A stretch of DNA of 43,872 nucleotides from an uncultured archaeon (lineage in GTDB: Archaea; Nanobdellota; Nanobdellia; Woesearchaeales; CAIVOO01), in assembly GCA_903842985.1 (NCBI GenBank), contig CAIMOB010000004.1:1-43872 (forward strand), written 5' to 3'. The position numbers were made by a program, and so were the translations under genes. The notes under the pieces were generated by a model. It did no database searches, was not told the origin of the DNA, and worked only from the letters and a program-made list of their open reading frames with translations. Of the stretch, positions 9,613-18,915 are shown one piece after another (position 1 is the stretch's first letter; each line of letters starts with the position of its first letter).

Positions 9613-9698
9613 CGCCGAGGCTGGGATTTGAACCCAGACTTCCCTTGCGGGAAACAGACTTAGCAGGCCTGCGCCTTACCAGGTTGGGCCACCTCGGC
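9613..9698 (-). tRNA. tRNA-Ser(GCT)
   Basis: GCCGAGG/CCTCGGC acceptor, CAGGC-CTGCTAA-GTCTG anticodon arm, long variable arm, GGTTCAAATCC T-arm, G discriminator; CCA not encoded. Confidence 0.95.
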
Positions 9699-9722
9699 AT
9701 ACGAATACAAAAGAATGGGTTG

Positions 9723-9765
9723 TTTTTAAAGGTTTTTCTTATTTGTTTTCAAAAACCTTTATAAA
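9723..9765. promoter_or_regulatory. divergent BRE/TATA promoters for tRNA-Ser and tRNA-iMet
   Basis: Minus strand GAAAAACCTTTAAAAA (9738-9723) and plus strand CAAAAACCTTTATAAA (9750-9765). Each TATA starts 32 nt before the mature tRNA 5' end. Confidence 0.75.
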
Positions 9766-9789
9766 CCGCCTGCCTTTCCTTCGATATAC

Positions 9790-9883
9790 AGCGGGGTAGG
9801 GCAGTCTGGAGTGCCCGGTGGGCTCATATCAATATGAATTGTAAGAAACCCACAGGTCGTAGGTTCAAATCCTACCCCCGCTA
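9790..9883 (+). tRNA. initiator tRNA-Met(CAT) with 19-nt intron at 37/38 (9829-9847)
   Basis: A1-T72 pair, GTGGG/CCCAC anticodon stem with three G-C pairs, GGTTCAAATCC T-arm. Intron TCAATATGAATTGTAAGAA forms a relaxed BHB. T-run follows. Confidence 0.93.
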
Positions 9884-9893
9884 TTTTTTAGAA

Positions 9894-10250
9894 TTATTCG
9901 TACGACTTCTTCCACTTTCTTCCGGAAGTCGCATGCGTCTTGTCCTTGATGTTTGTCAGCACAGCGTTGAATGCCTTCTGCAGCGCCTTTGCAAAGTTCC
10001 AGTCAGAAGTCTTGTTTGAGTTGAAATTGTTCTTGTTTGGCGTGAAGACATTGATGTCAATTGAGTATTTTTTCTTTTCCCCGCCCTTTTCATAGGTTTT
10101 AATTTTTATTCTCAGCGCAACAAGATTGTCAAGCATCCTTTTTATCTTTTGGAAGTATTCAGTTGAAAGCTTGTTAAGAACAGCTTTTTCAGAATCGCTT
10201 AAGCTTTTGAGCCCGTCAAATGTTATCTCATCCTTGCTAATTCCTGTCAT
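9894..10250 (-). CDS. HPF/RaiA-like (ribosome hibernation fold) protein
   Basis: Pattern beta-helix(YFQKIKR)-LRIKIKTY-KYSIDINV-DWNFAKALQKAF matches the HPF/S30AE secondary-structure layout; recognised by eye. Confidence 0.6.
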   Translation of the reverse strand: MTGISKDEITFDGLKSLSDSEKAVLNKLSTEYFQKIKRMLDNLVALRIKIKTYEKGGEKKKYSIDINVFTPNKNNFNSNKTSDWNFAKALQKAFNAVLTNIKDKTHATSGRKWKKSYE

Positions 10251-10343
10251 AATGCTGTTTTTTGCTTCTTTGTTTATAAATTTTATCCCTGCTTCATATT
10301 ATCAGAAATATTTATAAACATTATATTAATGAATCAATACATT

Positions 10344-10937
10344 ATGGTATTTTCGCCTGGCCAGATAACCCTATTGCTTATTCAGTATGGGTATTACCTG
10401 ATATTTCCTATAATGGTTGTAGAAGGACCGATTATCACAGTAATCGCTGCATTCCTTGCTTCGCTTGGCTATTTCAATGTTTTTGTTGTTTACGCACTTG
10501 CTGTTCTTGGCGATTTTGTGGGAGACAGTCTGTATTATTTTTTAGGGCACTGGGGCAGGAGAGGGTTTATCAACAGGTGGGGGCATTATGTTGGCATAAC
10601 AAAAGAGCGCATAGCCAGGCTGGAAAAGCATTTCCACAGGCACAGCGGCAAGACACTTATCCTGGGAAAGCTGTCCCAGAACTTCAGCGGCATTTTTCTT
10701 GTCACAGCAGGAATTGTAAAGATGCCGTTCTGGAAATTCACCTGGTTTAACATGCTTGTGACAGTCCCAAGGTCTTTTGTGCTTGTCCTTGCTGGATTTT
10801 ACTTTGGTCAGGCTTACACAAGAATCAACCGCTATCTTGATTATACCACATTAATAATAACAGCAGCGGCTATCCTGCTTGTTGCGATTTATCTAATAGC
10901 CAAAAAGGTCAGCAAGAAATATGAGGGCAAAGTCTAA
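10344..10937 (+). CDS. DedA/SNARE-associated membrane protein
   Basis: YGY.LIF...VEGP, GDFVGDSLYYFLG, AGIVKMPFWKF. Start chosen 33 nt after TTTATAAA (10311); 10329 is possible. Confidence 0.9.
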   Translation: MVFSPGQITLLLIQYGYYLIFPIMVVEGPIITVIAAFLASLGYFNVFVVYALAVLGDFVGDSLYYFLGHWGRRGFINRWGHYVGITKERIARLEKHFHRHSGKTLILGKLSQNFSGIFLVTAGIVKMPFWKFTWFNMLVTVPRSFVLVLAGFYFGQAYTRINRYLDYTTLIITAAAILLVAIYLIAKKVSKKYEGKV

Positions 10938-11773
10938 TGAAAAATGCAATTATTGCGTGCGCCAGCGCAAACATCGGGGATTTCCTGATAAATCACTGGC
11001 TTAAGTCTTTGAAGGAGAATGTAAACCTGAGCAATATAGACATCATCATCCTGGATTACGGGCTGACAAAAGAGCAGGCAAAAAAACTTAAAGATAACAG
11101 GGTGATTATAAAAAAAGGAACAAAAACAGGATTTCCGAATTCAGCCAAATTCGGCGACATTAAAAAATTTCTTTCGGCAAAAGACTATGACCAGGTACTC
11201 ACCTGCGACAGTTCAGACATCATCTTCCAAAGCGATATCAGCCACCTCTTTGATGAAGACAAATCAGGGTTCAGGTGCATATGCGAGAATGTAGTCACCC
11301 TATTCAAGCTCATTATCGATTTCGAATTCACTCTGAGCAGAAGTTTCAACAAGAATGACCTGGAAAAAATAAAAAAGGTCATAAAAGGGAAAAAAATAGC
11401 CAATGCAGGTTTTATACTGGCTCCCTGCAGGTTGTTCAGGCAGTTGTGTGTGGAATGCGAATCCCTAATAAAGAATAACAGCTATGGTCCAGACCAGATA
11501 GCAATAAACTATGTGTTGTACAGAGACGGGTTTAAAGAGCTGGATCCTAAATATAATTTCCTGGTGTTGCTTAAGCCATTCCCATTTTATATTAAGAAGG
11601 GGGAATTCTATTCAAAGAATGGAGAAAAAATTCCAGTGGTGCATAATGGCGGGTGGAAAAAATTCTTCAGGCCAGTAAAGAATTTTGGCTATGGGAGCAG
11701 TTTCAACCAGCTTAAGAAAACTTATTCTATAAGCAAAATATTCATAAAATTGCTGAATATGTTCAGATGGTGA
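10937..11773 (+). CDS. GT-A fold glycosyltransferase (GT8-like)
   Basis: IIILDYGLT, DSSDIIFQ (DxD-like), ANAGFI, PDQIAINY, YNF, VVHNGG; coupled to dedA (TAATG). Confidence 0.7.
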   Translation: MKNAIIACASANIGDFLINHWLKSLKENVNLSNIDIIILDYGLTKEQAKKLKDNRVIIKKGTKTGFPNSAKFGDIKKFLSAKDYDQVLTCDSSDIIFQSDISHLFDEDKSGFRCICENVVTLFKLIIDFEFTLSRSFNKNDLEKIKKVIKGKKIANAGFILAPCRLFRQLCVECESLIKNNSYGPDQIAINYVLYRDGFKELDPKYNFLVLLKPFPFYIKKGEFYSKNGEKIPVVHNGGWKKFFRPVKNFGYGSSFNQLKKTYSISKIFIKLLNMFRW

Positions 11774-11780
11774 TTTCTTC

Positions 11781-12956
11781 CTAGTACCCCATCAGACCGC
11801 AGCATCTGGAGCAGATTGGCAGCAGACCCTTTCTTTTTATCAAAAGCTTCCTGAATTTTACAAATCCTTTGTCATTCCATATCTCAAGAAGAGGCTTTTC
11901 TGTTATATTGCCGACTTTGATGTCTACGTAATCCCTGCATGTGACCACATCTCCATTGGGCATTACATCTATCATGAAGAATGGAGCTGCACATTTTGAA
12001 TAGCCGAACATCTTTGCAGGATACTTGTAATAATCTTTAACATCTTTTAATGGGATATTTGGTATGATTAGGTAGTTGAATGGCCATTTTTTTTCCTTTA
12101 CCCTCTTTATTGCGCTGACCAGAGAATCCAGTTCAATTTCATTGTACCTATTTGTGTAAGATTTCCAGGTGTAGGGCTCTATGCCGAATTCTTTCTTTAT
12201 TATTTTGGAATGGGCTTTGCCCAGCTCTTCTGAAGTAAACCAGGAGAGATATACTATCATGTAATCAGGTTTTACCTTGTTGCCTATCTCAAATGTCTTT
12301 TCAAGGACATCTGCATTGACTTTTGAGATTGTCGTTGAAGTCAGTATGTACGGTTTCGCTTTCTTCTGCATTTCTTTTTCCTTCCTCAATGCAATAAGGC
12401 CATCAATAGCAGACTTGTATGCGCCTTTGACTCCCCTGCATCTGTCATGCACTTCCTCAGGGCCGTCCAGGGAAACCATGACAAAATCCCATTCATCATT
12501 AACTATCTGCTTTGCATTATCCTTGAGTCTTGAGCCATTTGTGACAAGGGTTGCAAGGCAGCCTTTTTGTTTTATGTATTTCATCAGCTCCATAAGCTTT
12601 GGATAGAGGAACGGCTCTCCGCCGGTAAGATAGAACAGCGGCTTGTAATATGCAACTTCATCGACAAGTTTCTTATAGACTTCAACATCAAGCGTATTAA
12701 AGAGATGTTTCCCGTTTGTGGTGTGCATGTACCCCTTCTCGCCGTATTGCCCGCAGACTGCACATCTATGATTGCACAGGTTTGTTATTCTCAGGCTTAT
12801 CTGAAGAGGCGGTTTTGAAGAAATACCGTCCCCTCTTTTGTAATCCCAATCAACAGTCAGGTATTTCCTTAATCCGAGCCTTAACATCGGCAGGATTATA
12901 TCTGGTGTTTTAAAGAATACGTTGTATATGAATTTGAAAGGCAGTTTACTTCGCAT
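11781..12956 (-). CDS. radical SAM protein with SPASM/twitch domain
   Basis: CNHRCAVC (CxxxCxxC), TGGEP, VSLDG, C-terminal CAAPF..MPNGDVVTC..VGNI..CSRCC. Confidence 0.92.
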   Translation of the reverse strand: MRSKLPFKFIYNVFFKTPDIILPMLRLGLRKYLTVDWDYKRGDGISSKPPLQISLRITNLCNHRCAVCGQYGEKGYMHTTNGKHLFNTLDVEVYKKLVDEVAYYKPLFYLTGGEPFLYPKLMELMKYIKQKGCLATLVTNGSRLKDNAKQIVNDEWDFVMVSLDGPEEVHDRCRGVKGAYKSAIDGLIALRKEKEMQKKAKPYILTSTTISKVNADVLEKTFEIGNKVKPDYMIVYLSWFTSEELGKAHSKIIKKEFGIEPYTWKSYTNRYNEIELDSLVSAIKRVKEKKWPFNYLIIPNIPLKDVKDYYKYPAKMFGYSKCAAPFFMIDVMPNGDVVTCRDYVDIKVGNITEKPLLEIWNDKGFVKFRKLLIKRKGLLPICSRCCGLMGY

Positions 12957-13046
12957 TTTCTGTTAATGTCTATATCTTGTTTATAAATTTTATGCCCCTG
13001 CTTGCCTTACAAAAGGTTTATATCCTGCACTAATTTTATTATGCTC

Positions 13047-13562
13047 ATGGGCAAAACAAAAATTTATGAAAATTATCCGTGCTGGATAATGCTCATTTCC
13101 AATCTCGTTTCAATTGCAATATATCTTGCAGGAGCATTCATCATTTACCATCTTGGGCTTGTCTGGCTGGGCTTGTATATTCTTTACATCCTTCTGCTAG
13201 AGATAATGGTTATGAAAAAAAGCTGCGTTAATTGCCATTATTACGGCAGATGCTGCGCTTTTGGGAAAGGAAAATTAAGTTCATTATTTTTCAAGAAAGG
13301 CAGTCCAAACAAATTCGCACGCAGAAAAATAACCTGGAAGCATATTATCCCTGATTTCTTGGTTTCGATAATACCTTTAATTGCAGGAATAATTTTGCTT
13401 ATGCTGGAATTCAATTGGCTGATTCTTCTGTCAGTCATATTGATTGTAATCCTGACCTCTTTCGGCAACAGCTTTGTCCGCGGCTCTTTGGCATGCAAAT
13501 ACTGCAAACAAAGGGAGCTTGGCTGCCCAGCTGAACAGCTTTTCAGCAAGAATAAGAAGTAG
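13047..13562 (+). CDS. 4-TM membrane protein with two Cys clusters
   Basis: CVNCHYYGRCC and CKYCKQRELGCP. ATG 13047 is 30 nt after the TTTATAT box (13017). Confidence 0.7.
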   Translation: MGKTKIYENYPCWIMLISNLVSIAIYLAGAFIIYHLGLVWLGLYILYILLLEIMVMKKSCVNCHYYGRCCAFGKGKLSSLFFKKGSPNKFARRKITWKHIIPDFLVSIIPLIAGIILLMLEFNWLILLSVILIVILTSFGNSFVRGSLACKYCKQRELGCPAEQLFSKNKK

Positions 13563-13635
13563 CAAGGGCTTTGACCATAAAGCCAAAATGTTCCCAAACA
13601 AAAGATTTATAAGTAAATAATCTATTTAAAGTACC

Positions 13636-14076
13636 ATGGAAAAAAATCTCATAGAAAATATAATCCTCAAATCAGGAGCTCAAGTAAAAGAATATATTCT
13701 GGAAAAATCTAAAGTTTTTGAAAAATGGCCTAAAATGCGTTTCGGCAGAAGGGATCATAGATGTAATGGTGCTTTTTCCGCAGGCATCGCTGACAAGGTA
13801 GAAAGTGGCGTCCTTATTCATGAAGGATTGGTGCCACATGGCTTTTTTGAAGATACATCTTTTGGTGAAGATGGAAGGGGGAAGGGATATATCATACTTT
13901 TACCAAAGGGGTTATATTCATTTAGGAAGCTCGGTTTCTATGCAATTAATGAGGTGGGAACGAAAACAAATTTTACCAAGGACTATCCTGACTGGAATAC
14001 TAAAGAAGAGATAATATTAAATTATCTTATTTATGGAAATAAAACATTGGAAGAAATAAGCAAATTAAAATCATAA
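13636..14076 (+). CDS. hypothetical protein
   Basis: 146-aa ORF with its own AAACAAAAGATTTATAAG promoter about 30 nt upstream; AT-rich. Confidence 0.6.
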   Translation: MEKNLIENIILKSGAQVKEYILEKSKVFEKWPKMRFGRRDHRCNGAFSAGIADKVESGVLIHEGLVPHGFFEDTSFGEDGRGKGYIILLPKGLYSFRKLGFYAINEVGTKTNFTKDYPDWNTKEEIILNYLIYGNKTLEEISKLKS

Positions 14077-14195
14077 TGCCGCTGTTCTTTCCGAGGCACT
14101 TTTGAGCTATGATTTAGAGCCTGAGTTTATGGCCAGTTTATAGCCAAAGCTGAAGTAGCACAATCTTTAAAAACAATATCTGATTTCTGTATATT

Positions 14196-14849
14196 ATGCC
14201 AACTGTTTTGGGTATTGATGAGGCAGGCAGAGGACCTGTTATCGGTCCGATGGTCATAGCCGGCGTAACAATCGAGGAAGGCGATGAAAAGAAATTAACA
14301 GCTTTGCATGTTAAGGATTCCAAGCTTCTGACACCGAAGCAGAGAACTGATTTGTTCAAAAAAATCCTGAAAATCGCAAAAGACCACATAATTCTCATTA
14401 TCCCTCCATCTGAAATTGATTTTGCTGTCAGAGGCGAAGACAGCCTGAATCTTAATTGGCTTGAGGCAAGGAAATCAGCTGAGATAATCAACAAGCTTGC
14501 GCCCGGAAAGGCAATCATTGACTGCCCGAGCCCGAACATTCCAGATTACACTGGCTACATAAAAAATCTGCTGAACACAGACACAGAATTGGTTCTTGAG
14601 CACAAGGCAGATGAAAATTATGTTGTTGTTTCAGCTGCTTCAATTCTTGCAAAGGTTACAAGGGACGAAGAGATTGCAAAGCTGAAGAAAGCCTACGGCG
14701 ACATCGGCTCAGGCTATCCCGCTGACCCGAAAACAAGGGAGTTTCTTGAGGAGAACTGGGACAAAACCCCCGAGATATTCAGGAAGAGCTGGAAATGCTA
14801 CAGTGACTTGGCAAAGGGAAAGGGGCAGAAGCGGCTGAAAGAATTCTAA
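14196..14849 (+). CDS. rnhB: ribonuclease HII
   Basis: GIDEAGRGPVIGPM, DSK, AASILAKVTRD, GSGYP; C-terminal PIP box QKRLKEF. Confidence 0.97.
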   Translation: MPTVLGIDEAGRGPVIGPMVIAGVTIEEGDEKKLTALHVKDSKLLTPKQRTDLFKKILKIAKDHIILIIPPSEIDFAVRGEDSLNLNWLEARKSAEIINKLAPGKAIIDCPSPNIPDYTGYIKNLLNTDTELVLEHKADENYVVVSAASILAKVTRDEEIAKLKKAYGDIGSGYPADPKTREFLEENWDKTPEIFRKSWKCYSDLAKGKGQKRLKEF

Positions 14850-14852
14850 AAA

Positions 14853-15200
14853 TCACGCAATCCTATACACTGGAGGATTATCCCAAGCTCGTTCAGCTTC
14901 GTTGTGAACATAGTTTTGATAATTAACATCTTTTCTCATCAGGGTGATTAGTGCCTCATTGAAATCACATACATTATAGTAAGGGCGGTCAGGCAGCATT
15001 GCTGAATAATAGCTGTTGAATTTGTCAGCACCTATAATATTGCTTAGGCGCTTCACATCCTCATCTATAACACGCTTCGACCTTTTAGTTACCGGCTCAA
15101 GTCTTGCTTCAATGTTGCTGTCATGCACCATGACTTCAGTCTTGGCTTTGAAATAACTCAGCAGCTCTTTCCATACTCCGCTAGTTGTGTGGGTTTCCAT
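14853..15200 (-). CDS. hypothetical protein
   Basis: ORF converging on the rnhB stop; start uncertain (ATG 15200 or TTG 15215). Confidence 0.45.
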   Translation of the reverse strand: METHTTSGVWKELLSYFKAKTEVMVHDSNIEARLEPVTKRSKRVIDEDVKRLSNIIGADKFNSYYSAMLPDRPYYNVCDFNEALITLMRKDVNYQNYVHNEAERAWDNPPVYRIA

Positions 15201-15414
15201 CCTTAATAGATACAACTAAAGGAGCAGGAAAATCATAGAAAACGTAATTCTGATAGCTATATTATCTGCTCTCATCATATTTAAGCTTTTCGGTTTAGAT
15301 AATCAGGGATTTAGCCAAATATTTCAGCATTTAGCTTTCAATATTGTAAATAAATTCCCAAAATATCACCTTTTTTCAAAAACTTTAAATACTCAGCATA
15401 TACAGGAAAAATAA

Positions 15415-18400
15415 ATGACAAGAATAAACCGCCTTGTAATGCATGGCTTCAAGTCATTTGCGAAGCACACAGCACTCCCATTCGGCAACAGCTTTAATGC
15501 AGTTATCGGACCAAACGGCTCAGGCAAGAGCAATGTCCTGGATGCATTGTGCTTTGTTCTTGGAAGAAGCTCTTCAAAATCGCTGAGGGCTGAAAAATCC
15601 GCAAACTTAATCTACAACGGCGGCAAGGCAAAAACACCTTCAAAGGAGGCGGAAGTCTCAATCTTCTTTGACAATTCCAAAAAAACATTTCCGATTCCAG
15701 AGGAGGAAATAAAGATTTCAAGAATCGTAAAGGGCTCCGGCCAAAGCGTTTATAGGATAAACAACAAGACAAGGACAAGACAGCAAGTTTTGGAGCTTCT
15801 CTCGCTGGCAAGAATAGACCCGGAGGGCTACAACATAATTCTCCAGGGAGACATAATCAGGTTCGTCGAGATGTCGCCTCTTGAAAGAAGAGGGCTTGTC
15901 GAGGAAATCTCAGGAATCTCAATCTACGAGGACAAGAAGCAGAAGGCAATGAATGAGCTTTCAAAGGTTGAGGAAAAGCTGAAGGAAGCAGAAATAATAC
16001 TTTCAGAAAGGCAGGAGCGCCTGAAAGAGCTCAAGAAAGACCGCGACCAGGCGATAAAATATAAGGAAATTGTCGAGAGAATCAATAAGAACAAAGCATC
16101 TTTGCTCAACATCCAGATAAAGCGAAAAGAGGATGAAAGAAAAGAGTTTGAGCAGAGAATAGGCAAACACAGGGAAAAGCTTGAATCACTACAGTCAGAA
16201 ATCTCAAAATTAAAAAATGACATGAATGAGAAGAAGACAAACATCTCTGACATAAACAAAAAAATTGAGTCAAGCGGGGAAACAGAGCAGGTCAAGATTC
16301 ACAAGGAAGTTGAGCAGATTAAGGTTGATTTGGCAACTTCAACCAGCAAACTGGAGTCATTCAGGAATGAGATAGAGAAGCTGAAGCAGAGAAAGGAGCA
16401 GCTGAACAAGAACATCGAAGACATCGATGAAAAAATTTCAAGGTCAAAGCAGGAAAAATCAGAGCTTGAAAAATCACTTTCCTCAACGCAGAAGAGCTTG
16501 ACAGACATAAACAGAAAAATAGATGATTTCAAGAAAAAGAACAACCTTGACACAACAGGAATCGAGAAAGAAATTGATTCGCTGGACAAGGATGCAGAGG
16601 AAAGGCAGACAGAAATCCAGAACCTCAGGCAGGAGCAGCAGGAACTGCTGAGGAAAAAGGACAGGCTGGAATTGCAGCTGCAGTCAATAGACGAGAAAAT
16701 AAACAAAGTTTTGGAGCTTGAGAAGGAAAACAAGGAAGATATTGACATGCTGAAGCAGATGCGCGAGGATTTCAAGAAGGCAACCCTTGAATTAAACAAA
16801 CGACTTAATGATGATTCTTCACTATCAGCCCAGCTGGGAGAGGCAAGAAAGAAGGCAATGAAGGCAAGGGAGGACCTTGCAAGGCTTGAGGCAAGAAACA
16901 TAGGAATTCAGGAGACGCTTCTTGGCGACATTGCTGTCAAAAAAGTCCTTGACCAGAAAAACAAAATCAAGGGCATCTACGGGACTGTCTCAGAGCTCGG
17001 CGAAGTCAGCTCAAAATACTCATTGGCGCTGGAAATCGCAGCAGGCAACAAGATAAAGGGAATTGTTGTTGAAGATGACAAGACCGCCTCAGAATGCATA
17101 AAATTCCTGAAAAACAACAAATACGGCATAGCATCATTCTTCCCGCTTAACAAAATAAAGCCGAAACAAATTTCTGCAAATGCAGAAAGCTTCAAAAACA
17201 GCGAAGGCGCGCACGGCCTGGCAATAGACCTGATCAAGTTTGACAAGAAATTCAATAATGTCTTCTCCTATGTCTTCGGCGACACGCTTGTTGTGGAGAA
17301 CATAGACACTGCAAGGGCCATCGGCATCGGAAAAGTCAAGATGGCAACAATCGACGGCGACATGGCAGAGCTGAGCGGCGCAATGCAGGGAGGCTACAGG
17401 CAGAAACGGGCAGGCCTTGGCTTCAGGGAATCAGAGATTGAAAGCGGGCTTAAGCAGAATGAGCAGATAATTGCTGATTCCGAATCTGTCATAAAGGCGC
17501 TGGACAAGAGGAAATCAGAAAACGAGAAGTTTGTTGACAGGCTAAGGCAAGAAAAGGCGACGCTTGAAGGCGAGATAATCAAGATCGAGAAATCACTGCA
17601 CCTTGAGTCAGGCGACATTGATGTAAACAAGAAGCTGAAGCAGGACCTGACAAAAGAGCTGAAGGACGCGGAAAAGAGAACAGACTCAATCAATCTTAAA
17701 GTAAGCGACTGCAACAATTTACTTGCAAAGCTCAAGATAAAGAAGCAGGAGATGAGGGATAAGATAAGCCAGCTGAGAAATCCCGTATTAATCGCTGAAT
17801 TGAATGCATTTGAGGAGAAAAGGCAGGAGTTCAGCAACAAAATCCTGCAGCTCACATCTGACATGAAAAACGCAGATGTCCAGCTGACAACAATGCTTCT
17901 TCCGGATAAGGAAAACATAATCAAAATCATAAAACAGCACGAGAAAGAGGATGAGCATTTCAGGGGCAAGATAAAGGAGATAAACGACGGCATCAAGCAG
18001 AAAAATGATGTTCTGAAAGATAAGGAGAAGGAAGAAAAGAAATTCTACGAGCAGTTCAAAGACCTATTCACAAACAGGCAGAAGATAGATGACATAATAA
18101 AGAAGCTGGAAAACAGATTAGAGGTCTTGAACGAGGATTCCAAGCAGGTTGAAATCAAGATGAACAATGTCTCCCTTGAAAATGCAAGAGTCAGCACAGA
18201 GCTGGATGCATTCAACAAGGAATTCGAGCAGTTTAGGGGGATTGAGATATTCAGCAGGAAGCCGGAAGAGGAGCTGAGAAAGGAGATAAAGTCAGACGAA
18301 TCATTCATGTCCAGGGTTGGTGACAGCATAAATTTGAGGGCATTGGAAATCTACGAGAGCGTTGAAAAGGAGTATTCCAGCCTTCTTGAAAAGAAAGAGA

Positions 18401-18915
18401 GATTAGGAATTGAAAAGCAGGACGTGCTTGTCCTTATGAATGAGATAGAGACAAAGAAAAAAGACCTTTTCATGAAGACATTCGATGTCATCAACGAGAA
18501 TTTCAAGAACATATTCTCTGCACTGTCAACAAAAGGCGATGCAAACCTTGTTTTAGAGAACAAGGACCAGCCGTTCGATGGCGGATTAATGGTTAAAGTC
18601 AGGATAACAGGCAATAAGTTCCTTGACATAAGGTCATTGTCAGGCGGAGAGAAGACAATGACTGCCCTGGCATTCATATTTGCGATACAGGAGCATGAGC
18701 CAGCCTCATTCTATATCCTGGACGAGGTTGACGCTGCGCTTGACAAGAGGAACTCTGAGAAATTTGCAAAGCTGATAAGAAAATACTCGGAAAATGCGCA
18801 GTACATAATAATCTCTCACAACGACGCAATCATATCCGAGTCAGACTTGGTTTACGGCGTGTCAATGCCCAATGCAGAAGACGGAATAAGCAAGGTAGTC
18901 AACCTGAAGTTATAA
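15415..18915 (+). CDS. smc: chromosome segregation protein SMC
   Basis: GFKSF, Walker A GPNGSGKSN, long coiled coils, hinge (GIYGTVSELG...G.M.GG), LSGGEK, ILDEVDAALD. Confidence 0.98.
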   Translation: MTRINRLVMHGFKSFAKHTALPFGNSFNAVIGPNGSGKSNVLDALCFVLGRSSSKSLRAEKSANLIYNGGKAKTPSKEAEVSIFFDNSKKTFPIPEEEIKISRIVKGSGQSVYRINNKTRTRQQVLELLSLARIDPEGYNIILQGDIIRFVEMSPLERRGLVEEISGISIYEDKKQKAMNELSKVEEKLKEAEIILSERQERLKELKKDRDQAIKYKEIVERINKNKASLLNIQIKRKEDERKEFEQRIGKHREKLESLQSEISKLKNDMNEKKTNISDINKKIESSGETEQVKIHKEVEQIKVDLATSTSKLESFRNEIEKLKQRKEQLNKNIEDIDEKISRSKQEKSELEKSLSSTQKSLTDINRKIDDFKKKNNLDTTGIEKEIDSLDKDAEERQTEIQNLRQEQQELLRKKDRLELQLQSIDEKINKVLELEKENKEDIDMLKQMREDFKKATLELNKRLNDDSSLSAQLGEARKKAMKAREDLARLEARNIGIQETLLGDIAVKKVLDQKNKIKGIYGTVSELGEVSSKYSLALEIAAGNKIKGIVVEDDKTASECIKFLKNNKYGIASFFPLNKIKPKQISANAESFKNSEGAHGLAIDLIKFDKKFNNVFSYVFGDTLVVENIDTARAIGIGKVKMATIDGDMAELSGAMQGGYRQKRAGLGFRESEIESGLKQNEQIIADSESVIKALDKRKSENEKFVDRLRQEKATLEGEIIKIEKSLHLESGDIDVNKKLKQDLTKELKDAEKRTDSINLKVSDCNNLLAKLKIKKQEMRDKISQLRNPVLIAELNAFEEKRQEFSNKILQLTSDMKNADVQLTTMLLPDKENIIKIIKQHEKEDEHFRGKIKEINDGIKQKNDVLKDKEKEEKKFYEQFKDLFTNRQKIDDIIKKLENRLEVLNEDSKQVEIKMNNVSLENARVSTELDAFNKEFEQFRGIEIFSRKPEEELRKEIKSDESFMSRVGDSINLRALEIYESVEKEYSSLLEKKERLGIEKQDVLVLMNEIETKKKDLFMKTFDVINENFKNIFSALSTKGDANLVLENKDQPFDGGLMVKVRITGNKFLDIRSLSGGEKTMTALAFIFAIQEHEPASFYILDEVDAALDKRNSEKFAKLIRKYSENAQYIIISHNDAIISESDLVYGVSMPNAEDGISKVVNLKL

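Noticed and set aside
9602-9700. N-terminal extension of ORF 8687..9700
   Set aside because: It is the tRNA-Ser gene read in frame; the peptidase starts at 9601.
15216-15278. TAG read-through extending ORF 14853..15215 (recoding or pyrrolysine)
   Set aside because: TAG terminates several clear genes here (e.g. radical SAM, Fic), and the upstream ATG lies too close to the TATA box.
15503-18677. Series of long minus-strand S/F/L-rich ORFs and apparent repetitiveness
   Set aside because: Antisense shadows of the K/E-rich SMC coiled coils; no true DNA repeat.
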